This document shows positions 1-9,825 of a stretch of DNA of 64,000 nucleotides, piece by piece; within the stretch, counting starts at the first letter, position 1; each line of letters starts with the position of its first letter. The position numbers were made by a program, and so were the translations under genes. Under the pieces are notes generated by a model, which saw only the letters and a program-made list of their open reading frames with translations, ran no database searches and had not been told where the DNA came from. Origin of the DNA: an uncultured Clostridia bacterium. GTDB taxonomy: Bacteria; Bacillota; Clostridia; Oscillospirales; CAG-272. The stretch spans positions 11,990 through 75,989 of the forward strand of contig CANQWE010000002.1 in NCBI GenBank assembly GCA_947627475.1. The letters run 5' to 3'.

Positions 1-1704
1 AGCGGATATGTAGACCAGGCAGCCATCACAGGGGAGAGTATCCCAGTAGAGGTAGGGCCAGGCAGCGAGGTGATCTGCGCCACGGTAAACCAAAACGGAA
101 CCTTCCGATTCACCGCATCCAAAGTAGGGGCGGATACAACGCTTGCCCAGATGATCCGGCTGGTTGACGAAGCAGGCAGCTCCAAGGCCCCGGTAGCACG
201 CCTTGCGGACAAAATCAGCGGGGTGTTTGTACCGGTTGTCATCGCCATCGCCCTCATCGTGGCAGCGGCGTGGCTGATTGCGGGGGCCTCATTCTCCTTT
301 GCCCTGTCCTGCGCCATTTCTGTGCTGGTAGTATCCTGCCCCTGTGCGCTGGGGCTGGCCACTCCGGTGGCCATTATGGCCGGGACCGGCAGGGCAGCAG
401 AAATGGGCATTCTTATAAAATCGGCAAAAGGTTTGGAAACCCTCCACAGCGTAGATACCATTGTGCTGGATAAGACCGGCACTGTTACCAGCGGCCGCCC
501 CGCTGTGACAGACGCCCAGGTACTGCATCCGGGTCTGTCCCGTGAGGACTTTCTCCGTCTTGCCGCCGCGGCAGAGGCGGGAAGCGAACACCCTCTGGCA
601 GCGGCAGTGCTGGAGTATGTACGCAGTCAGGGAATAGAGATCCCCCAGGGGCAGTCCTTTGCCGCAGTGCCGGGACGAGGTGTACGAATCACTTTGTCAG
701 GAGAAGAAGTGCTGGCAGGAAACGAAGCATTTCTAATGGAAGAAGGCATTCAAAAGCTGGATCCAGACGGAATAGAAAAAGCACAGTCTCTGTCCGCTCA
801 ACTGTCCGGGCAGGGGAAAACACCGATTTTGTTTACGACAGGCGGGAAAGTAGCAGGCGTTATCGCCGCCGCAGATGAAGTACGTCCCACCAGCCGGGAC
901 GCCATCGATACCTTCCACAAAATGGGACTGCATGTGGTTATGCTTACAGGAGACAATGCGCAGGTAGCAGGTGCAGTGGCACAGCGTCTGGGTATTGAAG
1001 AAGTGATCGCCGGCGTGCTGCCTACAGGAAAAGAAGCCAGCATTCGCTCCCTTCAGGAGCAGGGGCGGATCGTGGCCATGGCGGGGGACGGGATCAACGA
1101 CGCGCCTGCTCTGGTGCGGGCCGATGTAGGAATCGCGGTTGGAGCCGGTACGGATATCGCCATGGATTCGGCTGACATAGTATTGATGCGGGATACCCTG
1201 CTGGACGCGGCCAAAGGCATTTCCCTCAGCCGGGCAGTACTGCGCAATATTCATATGAATCTGTTTTGGGCATTTTTCTATAACGTGCTGGGCATCCCGG
1301 TAGCGGCCGGGGTTTTATATCCCGCTTTCGGACTGCTGCTCAGTCCTATGCTGTGCGCCGCAGCGATGAGTATCAGCTCTCTCTGTGTGGTGACAAACGC
1401 TCTGCGGCTGCGGTTTTTCAAAGATAAAATCAAAGATACACCCCCCTCTGTGGGCACACTGTCCCAGAAAACGAAAGGAGATTTTAAAATGATAAAAGTT
1501 TTGACAGTAGAAGGAATGCAGTGCGGCCACTGCAAAGCGCATGTGGAAAAGGCGCTGGGAGAACTTTCCGGCGTGTCCTCTGCCCAGGTGGATCTGGAGG
1601 CAAAGACGGCTACGGTAGCGCTTTCTGATCCAGTTGCAGACGACGCTTTGCAGGCTGCTGTGGAAGAAGCGGGATATACCGTCGTCTCCATAAGGGAAAA
1701 GTGA
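1..1704 (+). CDS. copA: Cu(I)-translocating P1B-type ATPase, 5' end outside window, with a C-terminal HMA domain
   Basis: Frame 1 is open from nt 1 (..AITGESIPVE..). Motifs SCPCALGLATP, DKTGT, GDGINDAP and MSISS are present, and the C-terminal 70 aa carry GMQCGHC. Confidence 0.9.
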   Translation, partial: SGYVDQAAITGESIPVEVGPGSEVICATVNQNGTFRFTASKVGADTTLAQMIRLVDEAGSSKAPVARLADKISGVFVPVVIAIALIVAAAWLIAGASFSFALSCAISVLVVSCPCALGLATPVAIMAGTGRAAEMGILIKSAKGLETLHSVDTIVLDKTGTVTSGRPAVTDAQVLHPGLSREDFLRLAAAAEAGSEHPLAAAVLEYVRSQGIEIPQGQSFAAVPGRGVRITLSGEEVLAGNEAFLMEEGIQKLDPDGIEKAQSLSAQLSGQGKTPILFTTGGKVAGVIAAADEVRPTSRDAIDTFHKMGLHVVMLTGDNAQVAGAVAQRLGIEEVIAGVLPTGKEASIRSLQEQGRIVAMAGDGINDAPALVRADVGIAVGAGTDIAMDSADIVLMRDTLLDAAKGISLSRAVLRNIHMNLFWAFFYNVLGIPVAAGVLYPAFGLLLSPMLCAAAMSISSLCVVTNALRLRFFKDKIKDTPPSVGTLSQKTKGDFKMIKVLTVEGMQCGHCKAHVEKALGELSGVSSAQVDLEAKTATVALSDPVADDALQAAVEEAGYTVVSIREK

Positions 1705-1732
1705 AAAAATCCAGAAAATTTCTACGCAGTCA

Positions 1733-1761
1733 TTGACAGTCTCTTTACCCATGTGTATAAT
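1733..1761 (+). promoter_or_regulatory. sigma-A type promoter TTGACA-17-TATAAT
   Basis: TTGACA at 1733-1738, 17-nt spacer, TATAAT at 1756-1761, upstream of the 1844 CDS. Confidence 0.5.
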
Positions 1762-1843
1762 GAAGCAAAATACACTTTGCAAAAAATCTGTGTCAGGGAA
1801 GTTTTCCTGACACAGATACATCCTGCAAATCCGGAGGAACTCT

Positions 1844-2749
1844 ATGACCATCGAACAAATTCTTGCAGATATCAAAAGCGGTCGTCCCAAAAAGGTCATT
1901 TTGGATACGGACGCTTTTAACGAAATCGACGATCAGTACGCCATTACATATTGCTATCTGGCAGATTCTATTAATCTGCAGGCCGTATACGCCGTACCTT
2001 TCCACAACGACAAAAGCAATGGCTTTGAAGACGGTATGGTGAAAAGCTACGAGGAAATCAAGAAAGTGCTTGCTATGATCGACCCGGACTACACCACTCC
2101 GGTATTGGAAGGAAGCCGCACCACCATCGAGGTCAGCGGCGGTCCGGTGGACAGTCCCGCAGCCCGACATCTGATCGATTTTGTGAAAAAATCGGATGAA
2201 ATCGTATATGTGCTTGCAATCGGCGCGATCACCAACATTTCCTCCGCTTTGATGATGGACCCCTCTATCAAAGACAAGATGGCAGTCATTTGGTTGGGAG
2301 GCAATCAGATCGAGGGAGACAATTTGGGTGAGTTTAACTTAGTACAGGACTTCACTGCCGGTCAGATCCTGCTGAACTCCGGCGTTCCGCTGCTGCTTTG
2401 CCCTGCCTGGTTTATCGTATCTGTACTGACGACCAACATTACGCTGACCCGGGATCTGATGGGCCACAACAAGGTATGCGACTATCTTGCGAGTATTTCG
2501 GAACAAACCTGGAGAGATGCAGGGGAAAATCCCGCATGGGTACGCACCATTTGGGATATTGCCGCGCCGGCTATCCTGGACAACCCGGACTGTGCGGAGA
2601 TTGAAATCATCCCTACACCGATCTTCACCGATCAGCGGGTTTATGCCTTTGACAGCACACGGCATAAGATGCTGTATCTGAAATCTATCGATCGGGAAAA
2701 GGTGTTTGATGCTACCTGGAAAATTCTGAAGGCGCACAAAGACAAATAA
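1844..2749 (+). CDS. nucleoside hydrolase (IUNH) family protein
   Basis: N-terminal VILDTDAFNEIDDQYAI resembles the DTDxxxDD signature of inosine-uridine nucleoside hydrolases. GGAGG lies 7 nt before the ATG. Confidence 0.7.
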   Translation: MTIEQILADIKSGRPKKVILDTDAFNEIDDQYAITYCYLADSINLQAVYAVPFHNDKSNGFEDGMVKSYEEIKKVLAMIDPDYTTPVLEGSRTTIEVSGGPVDSPAARHLIDFVKKSDEIVYVLAIGAITNISSALMMDPSIKDKMAVIWLGGNQIEGDNLGEFNLVQDFTAGQILLNSGVPLLLCPAWFIVSVLTTNITLTRDLMGHNKVCDYLASISEQTWRDAGENPAWVRTIWDIAAPAILDNPDCAEIEIIPTPIFTDQRVYAFDSTRHKMLYLKSIDREKVFDATWKILKAHKDK

Positions 2750-2750
2750 A

Positions 2751-2793
2751 AGGAAAGGGACCGGCTATGCCGGTCCCTTTCCTTTTATTTTTG
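2751..2793 (+). terminator. rho-independent terminator
   Basis: 14-bp stem aggaaagggaccgg/ccggtccctttcct, 5-nt loop, then a T-run. Confidence 0.75.
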
Positions 2794-3145
2794 TTATTAC
2801 CATGATATCGGTAAAACACTTACTCTATCGTTGCCAGTAAAAACGAAGCACTGTGCAATTTTAAAACTTATGCAGCAATAGCCTGCCAATACAGAGGGAA
2901 GATGAGAGATTTAGTAGTTCCACCTCTCCGTCGCTGCCGCGCCACCTCCCCGACTTTGTCTCGAAGTGCCTCCCGCCACCCCAGCATCTGCATCTCTAAG
3001 TGGCTCTGAAGGAGTCATCCCAGGGTAGGCCGGCCCCCGGCCCATGCTCATGGCCCCTCAACTGAGGGGATGACACATCTATGGTGTATCGGGGGAATTT
3101 TTTACTCTTTACTCTCTTCCTGCCACACTTCTGTAGGGACAAAGC

Positions 3146-3979
3146 TTATAAAATAAGCACTTCTCCCGCTGCCTGGGGGTCGTCCCGGATCACTTCCCCT
3201 ACAGCCGGCGCGGTGATCCTGCCCCCGTAGGGATTTTTTATGCTCACGACCGGCGTGGTGATAACCGCCTGCACACACGATTTTTCAAAGGCCAGATCCG
3301 TATCATACATTTCACAGTCGATCAGCGTAAGATCCCTGCAGTAGCAAAAGGGCTGGGTACCGGTGATCTTGCAGTTGATCAGCGTAAGGCCCTGGGAATA
3401 CCATGCCAGGTATTCCCCTCGGATCACGCTGTTTTTCACCGTAATATTTTCTCCATGCCAAAAGGCGTCCTTGGTTTGAAAAATACAATTTTCAAAGGTA
3501 GCATTTTTGATATACTGAAAGGCATATTTTCCCCGCAGCTCCACGTGATCAAACTGCAGATCCGACCCCCGCAGCAAAAAATACGCGCTCTCTGCGCTGC
3601 ATCGTTCCATGGAAAACCCGGACACAGACCAACCAAACTCCGGGGATATGATGTCGCAGCCCCGTATTTGTACGTCCCTGCACTCCCGCAGCGCCTTGAT
3701 TCCGTGCAGCTTCGTATCTTCTATTTCTACATTCTCACAGTACCAAAGAGCTGCCCGACACGTCTCCGTCATCTCACACCGACACAGCTTCAAGCAGCTG
3801 TTGTGCCAAAACGGATACCGCAGGCGAAAGCTACACGCCTCTGCGCTTATATTGATCCCTTCCTTGCAGGCGCTCTCCCCGTCTGCCGGTCCGTCAAAGA
3901 CGCAGCGCACCATATGTATATCCTTTGCACCGTATAAGGCCCGTTCCGTATCAAAGCTTTGGTTTTCTATTGTTTTCAT
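3146..3979 (-). CDS. DUF3737-like beta-helix repeat protein
   Basis: 277 aa starting MKTIENQSF..ERALY, with repeated Cys/Asn-rich ~20-aa turns typical of DUF3737 as I recall the family. Confidence 0.55.
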   Translation of the reverse strand: MKTIENQSFDTERALYGAKDIHMVRCVFDGPADGESACKEGINISAEACSFRLRYPFWHNSCLKLCRCEMTETCRAALWYCENVEIEDTKLHGIKALRECRDVQIRGCDIISPEFGWSVSGFSMERCSAESAYFLLRGSDLQFDHVELRGKYAFQYIKNATFENCIFQTKDAFWHGENITVKNSVIRGEYLAWYSQGLTLINCKITGTQPFCYCRDLTLIDCEMYDTDLAFEKSCVQAVITTPVVSIKNPYGGRITAPAVGEVIRDDPQAAGEVLIL

Positions 3980-4001
3980 TTCTGCTCCTCATAAAGACGG
4001 C

Positions 4002-4031
4002 AAAAGAGAACCGCGATGCGGTTCTCTTTTT
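4002..4031 (-). terminator. hairpin terminator after pfkA
   Basis: 13-bp stem aaaagagaaccgc/gcggttctctttt with a 3-nt loop, 3 nt after the pfkA stop. Confidence 0.5.
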
Positions 4032-4033
4032 CA

Positions 4034-5101
4034 TCAGCCGGAAATTTCATCCAGCAATGCGTTCATCATCTTAAAGTATGCACGCTTCTTCTCACCGGCC
4101 GCGAGAATTTCCGCCTGCTCTTCCTTGCTGTATTTTTCCAGCGCCTCCATGCCCACCTTGCCTTTGTACAGCCGGTCTGCCGTCTGTGCCAGGTTGATGT
4201 CTATGGCGACGATTTCATTATTCTGCTCGCAGATGACCAGATTGGACTTGCCGTCAAGCAGCTCCGCTACAGCCCGGGATCCCATTCTGGCGCCGGCTAC
4301 CCGGTCCCGCAGAGTGGGGCTGCCGCCCCGCACCACATGGGCCAGGCGGGCAAACTTGGTTTCTACACCGGTTTTTTCCTGGATACGCTTTGCAAAAGCC
4401 GGATCCGCATAATCAGGGATCAGCTCTGACACGATCACAATGAAGCCCCGCTTACCGGATTCCTTCAGACGAGAAATCTTCTGACACATAGCAGCCTCAT
4501 CAAAAGGCACTTCGTTGATGACGCACGCTACAGCCCCGCAGGCGATGGCAGACTGTATTGCAATGCCGCCAGCATTGTTGCCCATGACCTCCACTACGTT
4601 GCACCGGGCGTGAGACTCGCAGGTGTCCCGCAGGCGGTCCACCATTTCTACTACGGTATTCATAGCAGTGTCATAGCCGATAGCATATTCACTAGAGGTG
4701 ATATCGTTGTCAATGGTGCAGGGGATGCCGATAGTAGGAATTCCCCGGTTGGAAAGATCCGTGGCGCCTCGGAAGGTACCGTCTCCGCCGCAGGCCACGA
4801 TCCCGTCGATTTCGTATTTCCTGCAGGTGGCGATTGCCCGTGCCATACCCTCTTCTGTTTTAAACTCCGCGCACCGGTCAGAATACAGCATCGTTCCCCC
4901 GTGCGTTACCACATTGGAAACATCCCGCGCACTCAGGATACGCACATTATCGTTTACAAGGCCGCTGTAACCGCCGCTTATTCCAATTACCTCAACGCCG
5001 CTGGCAAGGGCAGCCCGTGTTACGGCCCGCACTGCGTTATTCATACCGGGCGCGTCTCCGCCGGAGGTGAGCACCCCGATTTTTCTAAAACGTGTCGCCA
5101 T
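4034..5101 (-). CDS. pfkA: ATP-dependent 6-phosphofructokinase
   Basis: IGVLTSGGDAPGMNNAVRAV and GIPCTIDND motifs. About 35 aa of extra C-terminal tail relative to typical PfkA. Confidence 0.9.
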   Translation of the reverse strand: MATRFRKIGVLTSGGDAPGMNNAVRAVTRAALASGVEVIGISGGYSGLVNDNVRILSARDVSNVVTHGGTMLYSDRCAEFKTEEGMARAIATCRKYEIDGIVACGGDGTFRGATDLSNRGIPTIGIPCTIDNDITSSEYAIGYDTAMNTVVEMVDRLRDTCESHARCNVVEVMGNNAGGIAIQSAIACGAVACVINEVPFDEAAMCQKISRLKESGKRGFIVIVSELIPDYADPAFAKRIQEKTGVETKFARLAHVVRGGSPTLRDRVAGARMGSRAVAELLDGKSNLVICEQNNEIVAIDINLAQTADRLYKGKVGMEALEKYSKEEQAEILAAGEKKRAYFKMMNALLDEISG

Positions 5102-5195
5102 ATTTTTATCTCCTATCTGTACTAGTAAAACATAGTAGTATTATTGTAATACCATACAGCTGAAAAATCAAGGGTTTTCTGCGTATTTGAAAAGG

Positions 5196-7199
5196 TTACA
5201 CATGGCGGTATACAATTTTATAGTACGTCCTGGCGGTCATGGAATATACGATGGCGTAAATCAGGGCAAACACCAAAACCGTGCATATGGTACAGGTGAA
5301 AAACAAAGGCACGTTCTGCAGGTTCAACAGGTACAAAAGTTTTGTAAGAATGGGGAAAGCCACGGCGATATGCACCACTGCGGCCAGCAGCGGGATGAAA
5401 AAGACAAGCACGACCTGGGTACGCACCGTCCGCTTTACCTCCTGCCGGCTCATGCCTACCTTCTGCATAATGGCAAATCGCTCTTTATCATCGTATCCCT
5501 CAACGATTTGCTTATAATAAATGATTAGCACCGTTGCCATCAGGAACAGCGCCCCCAGGAAAATTCCAAGGAAAAACAATCCTCCGTACAGATCAAAAAA
5601 GCTGTCCCGGCTCAGTTCCTTTGCAGAAAAGGTGATTTTCTCACTGCCGGGGAATCCGGAAAATCGTATTTCAGACAGCTCCTGGGCCAGGGCTACTTTC
5701 TCCTCTTTGCTTCCGTCCGTGTCAAAGGCAATATGACAGGTAAAGGGATCATATCCCTCGCCGTACGTCGCTTTAGCCGCCTCTGCCACGGGCACTGCCG
5801 CGTCTAAATCATCCACTACTAAATAGCAGATTTCGGCAAGATATGCAGTATAAGTGCCGATCTCGGGAGAGATGCCGCCAGTACCCGCCAGCCGGAAGGG
5901 ACATCCTAAAATATCGATAGAATCCCATTCCTTCGCCTCGCTGCTCTCGAACACGTCTCCCAAAGCATAGATTTCTCCTTCACCTACCGGTACGTGCTCT
6001 CCTGTCAGTGCATAATAATCTTCCCCCGACAGAATGATCAGCAGATGGATCGCAGAAGAAACCTCCGCATCACTTCCTGAAACAAAGGCGTTTCCGTCCC
6101 GCTGGGTGGACACGGTCAGCGAAGTGGAAACCTCCAGATTTTCCATCTGCCGGCCCGCTTCCAGTACCGTTTCTTCCACCCCGGCCAGCAGTCCGTCCCG
6201 GTCAAAATCCGTTCCGGACAGATAGGTAGCCGATATGTCGATCTCCTGGGGGAACCGAGTATGCAGCAGATCATCCACCCCTACAAACATGGACACCGTG
6301 GTGGAAATCATCACCAGCACTGCGGTAGACAAAATGCAGATGCTGGCTAGCCCGGCGGCATTCTGCTTCATCCGGTAGATCATGCCGGATATGGTGGTAA
6401 AGTGGGCTGGCTTATAATAATACTTTTTGTTTTTGCGCATCAGCTTTAAAAAGATGATGCTTCCGGCGGTGAACAGCAGATAGGTACCGATGATTACCAG
6501 TACCACGGCAACGAAAAACATGGTTAGGGCGTCCAGGGGAGAGCCAATGGTCAGGGCAATCCAGTACCCTGCTCCCAGCGTGAGCACTCCTGCCAGGGCG
6601 GAAATCCATTTTGCCTTTGGCTCCTTTTCTCCGGCGCTGGTATCCCGCAGCATCTGAATCGGGTTGGACAGACGGACCTGCAGCAGATTGAACAGTAGAT
6701 TCGCCGCAGCAATACCCGCGAACAAAACCACTGTATATACAATAGATTGGGGGCTGATTTCAAAGGCGAAGTTGGGATCAAAGCTTAGAATCCGGTATAA
6801 TATCAGGGTGACCAGCTTGTTGAACAGCATCCCCAGCCCAAGCCCCAGAGCCGTACTGCCCAAATATACGTACAGGCTTTCAAACAGCATGGTAATGCCG
6901 ATATGTTTTTTCTCCAGGCCCAGGATGTTGTACAGTCCAAACTCCTTTTTGCGCCGTTTGATTACAAAGCTGTTTGTATAGAAAAGAAAGATTACTGCAA
7001 AAACAGCGGTCACACCCATTCCCAGAGACATGAGCGTGCTCAAATTGCCATCCCCGATGGTGGAGGTGTGAAAGGTCAGGGCGCACATGTTGTAAAACAT
7101 CATTACCGTCCCGGTACAGGTAAGAAAATAGGGCAGATAGGTCTGCCGGTTGTTTTTCAGTCCGGTAGCTGCTAGACGGGGCAGAAAACCTTTACGCAT
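5196..7199 (-). CDS. BceB-type (FtsX-domain) ABC transporter permease
   Basis: About 667 aa and multi-TM, with a large extracytoplasmic loop. I place the start at MRKGF (ATG 7199), which overlaps the ATPase stop by 8 nt. The longer ORF to 7331 is rejected. Confidence 0.8.
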   Translation of the reverse strand: MRKGFLPRLAATGLKNNRQTYLPYFLTCTGTVMMFYNMCALTFHTSTIGDGNLSTLMSLGMGVTAVFAVIFLFYTNSFVIKRRKKEFGLYNILGLEKKHIGITMLFESLYVYLGSTALGLGLGMLFNKLVTLILYRILSFDPNFAFEISPQSIVYTVVLFAGIAAANLLFNLLQVRLSNPIQMLRDTSAGEKEPKAKWISALAGVLTLGAGYWIALTIGSPLDALTMFFVAVVLVIIGTYLLFTAGSIIFLKLMRKNKKYYYKPAHFTTISGMIYRMKQNAAGLASICILSTAVLVMISTTVSMFVGVDDLLHTRFPQEIDISATYLSGTDFDRDGLLAGVEETVLEAGRQMENLEVSTSLTVSTQRDGNAFVSGSDAEVSSAIHLLIILSGEDYYALTGEHVPVGEGEIYALGDVFESSEAKEWDSIDILGCPFRLAGTGGISPEIGTYTAYLAEICYLVVDDLDAAVPVAEAAKATYGEGYDPFTCHIAFDTDGSKEEKVALAQELSEIRFSGFPGSEKITFSAKELSRDSFFDLYGGLFFLGIFLGALFLMATVLIIYYKQIVEGYDDKERFAIMQKVGMSRQEVKRTVRTQVVLVFFIPLLAAVVHIAVAFPILTKLLYLLNLQNVPLFFTCTICTVLVFALIYAIVYSMTARTYYKIVYRHV

Positions 7200-7965
7200 G
7201 CTCCTCACCCCCCACGGACAGCAGGGTGAGAGAAGATGCAATGTCAGCATAAAAGGCTTCTCTGGTCCGATCACCCCGGTACAGCTGGGTAAATACCTCT
7301 CCATCCCGGATAAACAGAACCCGGGAGGCATGACTGGCCGCTTTTACGCTGTGGGTCACCATGAGAATCGTCTGCCCCTCTCCGTTGATCTGGGAAAACA
7401 TATCCAGCAGATTGTCGGATGCGCGGGAGTCCAGTGCACCGGTAGGTTCGTCCGCCAAAATCAGCTGGGGTCTGGTGATGAGTGCCCTGGCTACGGCGCA
7501 CCGCTGCTTCTGCCCGCCGGAAATCTCATAGGGGTACTTTTCCAAAATATCCTCAATCTGCAGTTTTTTTGCAATGGGCGCCAGCTCCTCTTCCATCTTT
7601 TTATAGCTTTCCCCGGAGAGTACCAGCGGCAGATAGATATTGTCCCGGATGCAGAAGGTATCCAGCAAATTAAAATCCTGGAATACAAAACCCAGCTTTT
7701 TTCTCCGAAAAACAGACAGCTGCTTTTCCGGAATAGATGTCACATCCTCCCCGGCCAGCAGCACTTTTCCCGCGGTAGGCCGATCCAGGGAGGCGATAAT
7801 GTTTAGTAGTGTGGTCTTGCCCGATCCGCTTTCTCCCATAATGGCTACATATTCCCCCTGCTCCACAGCAAAATTTACTGCGCGCAGCGCTTGTACCTGG
7901 GCGCCTCCAAAGCGGGTGGTATAAATTTTCTTTACATTTTTTACTTCTAACAGCGGCATATTCAA
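7192..7965 (-). CDS. BceA-type ABC transporter ATP-binding protein
   Basis: Walker A GESGSGKTT, signature SGGQKQR, Walker B LILADEPTGALD. Confidence 0.85.
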   Translation of the reverse strand: MNMPLLEVKNVKKIYTTRFGGAQVQALRAVNFAVEQGEYVAIMGESGSGKTTLLNIIASLDRPTAGKVLLAGEDVTSIPEKQLSVFRRKKLGFVFQDFNLLDTFCIRDNIYLPLVLSGESYKKMEEELAPIAKKLQIEDILEKYPYEISGGQKQRCAVARALITRPQLILADEPTGALDSRASDNLLDMFSQINGEGQTILMVTHSVKAASHASRVLFIRDGEVFTQLYRGDRTREAFYADIASSLTLLSVGGEEHA

Positions 7966-8050
7966 TGCTTCCTTTCTGTATGATCTGTGTCTATTGTACT
8001 AAGCCGCTGATACAGTTGCCATAGATTCAGCTTACATTTTCCGCTTTATT

Positions 8051-8066
8051 CTTACGTTTTTGTAAG
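8051..8066. promoter_or_regulatory. candidate response-regulator box (inverted repeat cttac-N6-gtaag)
   Basis: Inverted repeat about 85 nt upstream of the bceA-like start. This placement is typical for BceR-type activator sites. Confidence 0.3.
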
Positions 8067-8070
8067 GTTG

Positions 8071-9066
8071 TCATTCCGCCTGCACATTCTGCCTGCCAAA
8101 GTGGATGCGCACACAGGTTCCCTTCCCCGGCTGGGAATCGACAGACAATCTGTGGCACAGCTTTTTGCACACTGTATCGCAAAGGTACAGTCCCAGTCCG
8201 GTAGCCTTTTTATCGATCCGACCGTTGCCTCCGGTAAAGCCCCGTTCAAACACCCGAGGCAAATCCTCGCTTCGGATACCGATTCCTGTATCCCGAATAC
8301 AGAGTACCGTTCCCGCCGCATCGGTATATTCGCTCCAAATACGGATTTCCCCCGCAGCTGTGTATTTGAGTGCGTTGGACAAAAGCTGCTCTACGATAAA
8401 TACCAGCCATTTCTCGTCGCTGATCACGGTCCGGTCCAGTTCTTCGGTAGCCACCCCCAGCTTTTTATAAATGAAGACAGGGGCATATTTCTTCACAGCC
8501 TGCCGGACCACGTGGGAGAGACTGCAGGGCTGGGCCCGCAGATCAGTGGCAATGGAACCGATCCGCAGATATTCCAGGGTCAGGCCGGCATACTGTTCGA
8601 TTTTAAACAGCTCCTGCCGCAGCTGTGCCACAGCGGGATCGGTATTCTGCTGGAGCAGCAGACTCATGGCTGCAATGGGCGTTTTGATCTGATGCAGCCA
8701 TAGGGTATAAAAATTCTCCGCATCCTGCTGGGATTGCATCTGCTCCTCCCGAAGCGTCTCCCTGTCCCGGCACAAACGCAAAAGCAGTGCGTGGAAATCC
8801 TGCTCTTCCAAGGTCCGGGCCTCCGGGAGCGCTTCGGGCAGCACGGTACTGCTGCTGCAAAGCTGGCAAAGCCTGCGATGCCTCCGGCGGTAGCGCTGAA
8901 AATCCCCTACTGCAAGGGGAATCGCCACTGTACAGAACAGAGCCGCTGCATAGAGTACCGGCACAGGGGGAAGCCGGAACAAGAGGAATACCACTGTAAA
9001 TATGCCAAACAAAAGCAGCAGCAGGAAAAGCAGGATCCGACGGTCCCGCAGATACTGAAACAACAT
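8071..9066 (-). CDS. intramembrane-sensing histidine kinase (BceS-like)
   Basis: Two N-terminal TM helices with almost no loop, a His box HQIKTPI, and a HATPase region (NALKYT, DTGIGI, GLGLYL). Confidence 0.8.
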   Translation of the reverse strand: MLFQYLRDRRILLFLLLLLFGIFTVVFLLFRLPPVPVLYAAALFCTVAIPLAVGDFQRYRRRHRRLCQLCSSSTVLPEALPEARTLEEQDFHALLLRLCRDRETLREEQMQSQQDAENFYTLWLHQIKTPIAAMSLLLQQNTDPAVAQLRQELFKIEQYAGLTLEYLRIGSIATDLRAQPCSLSHVVRQAVKKYAPVFIYKKLGVATEELDRTVISDEKWLVFIVEQLLSNALKYTAAGEIRIWSEYTDAAGTVLCIRDTGIGIRSEDLPRVFERGFTGGNGRIDKKATGLGLYLCDTVCKKLCHRLSVDSQPGKGTCVRIHFGRQNVQAE

Positions 9067-9108
9067 ACGCAGGATACAACCTTTCTTTTCGTTTGTGCTA
9101 ACGGTTCC

Positions 9109-9780
9109 TTACGGGATCATATATCCCGCGTTTTTCTTTGTCACAATAAAATCGGAAAGCCCCACATCCGCCAGCTTGTGCCGCAGGCGGGTCATATTGA
9201 CGGTGAGGGTATTGTCGTCGATAAACGTATCGCTTTCCCAAAGCCTGCGCATAATCGTCTCACGAGAGACGATGCTCCCGCCGTTTTCCATTAGAAGCTG
9301 CAAAATCCGAAATTCATTTTTGGTCAGTACGATTTTATGATTTTGGACGCTTAAAGTGGCATCCGCAAGATTCAGGATGGCACCGCCCCGCTCCAGCAGC
9401 TGGGCAGACGCGCCAAAGGAATAGGTCCGGCGTATCAGCGCCTGGATCTTGGCGCACAGGACAGTAAGATCAAAGGGTTTTGGGATAAAATCGTCCGCCC
9501 CCATATTCATAGCCATGACGATATTCATTTTATCCCCTGCAGAAGACAAAAAGATAATGGGAACGCTGGACAGGCTGCGAATCTGCTGACACCAGTAATA
9601 TCCATTGAAAAAAGGAAGGGAAAGATCCAGCAGCACCAGTTGGGGATCAAATGCGGTGAAGGTTTCCAGCACGTGCTGAAAGTCCCCGGCACACAGCGTT
9701 TCATATCCCCACCGGGAAAGCTGGGTTTCCACTGCTGCGGCAATGGTAGCGTCATCCTCAACGATCAGTATTTTATACAT
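9109..9780 (-). CDS. OmpR-family response regulator (BceR-like)
   Basis: MYKILIVEDD receiver domain plus a winged-helix C-terminus. The start is taken at ATG 9780 rather than TTG 9798. Confidence 0.85.
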   Translation of the reverse strand: MYKILIVEDDATIAAAVETQLSRWGYETLCAGDFQHVLETFTAFDPQLVLLDLSLPFFNGYYWCQQIRSLSSVPIIFLSSAGDKMNIVMAMNMGADDFIPKPFDLTVLCAKIQALIRRTYSFGASAQLLERGGAILNLADATLSVQNHKIVLTKNEFRILQLLMENGGSIVSRETIMRRLWESDTFIDDNTLTVNMTRLRHKLADVGLSDFIVTKKNAGYMIP

Positions 9781-9825
9781 AGCTTGGCAGGCCTCCAAGG
9801 ATAAACTGTATCAATATAATAACAC

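Noticed and set aside
2910-2921. Shared 12-mer tttagtagttcc at 2910-2921 and 33979-33990 as evidence that the two spacers are related
   Set aside because: In 64 kb read on both strands, hundreds of 12-mer coincidences are expected by chance. No extended alignment surrounds it.
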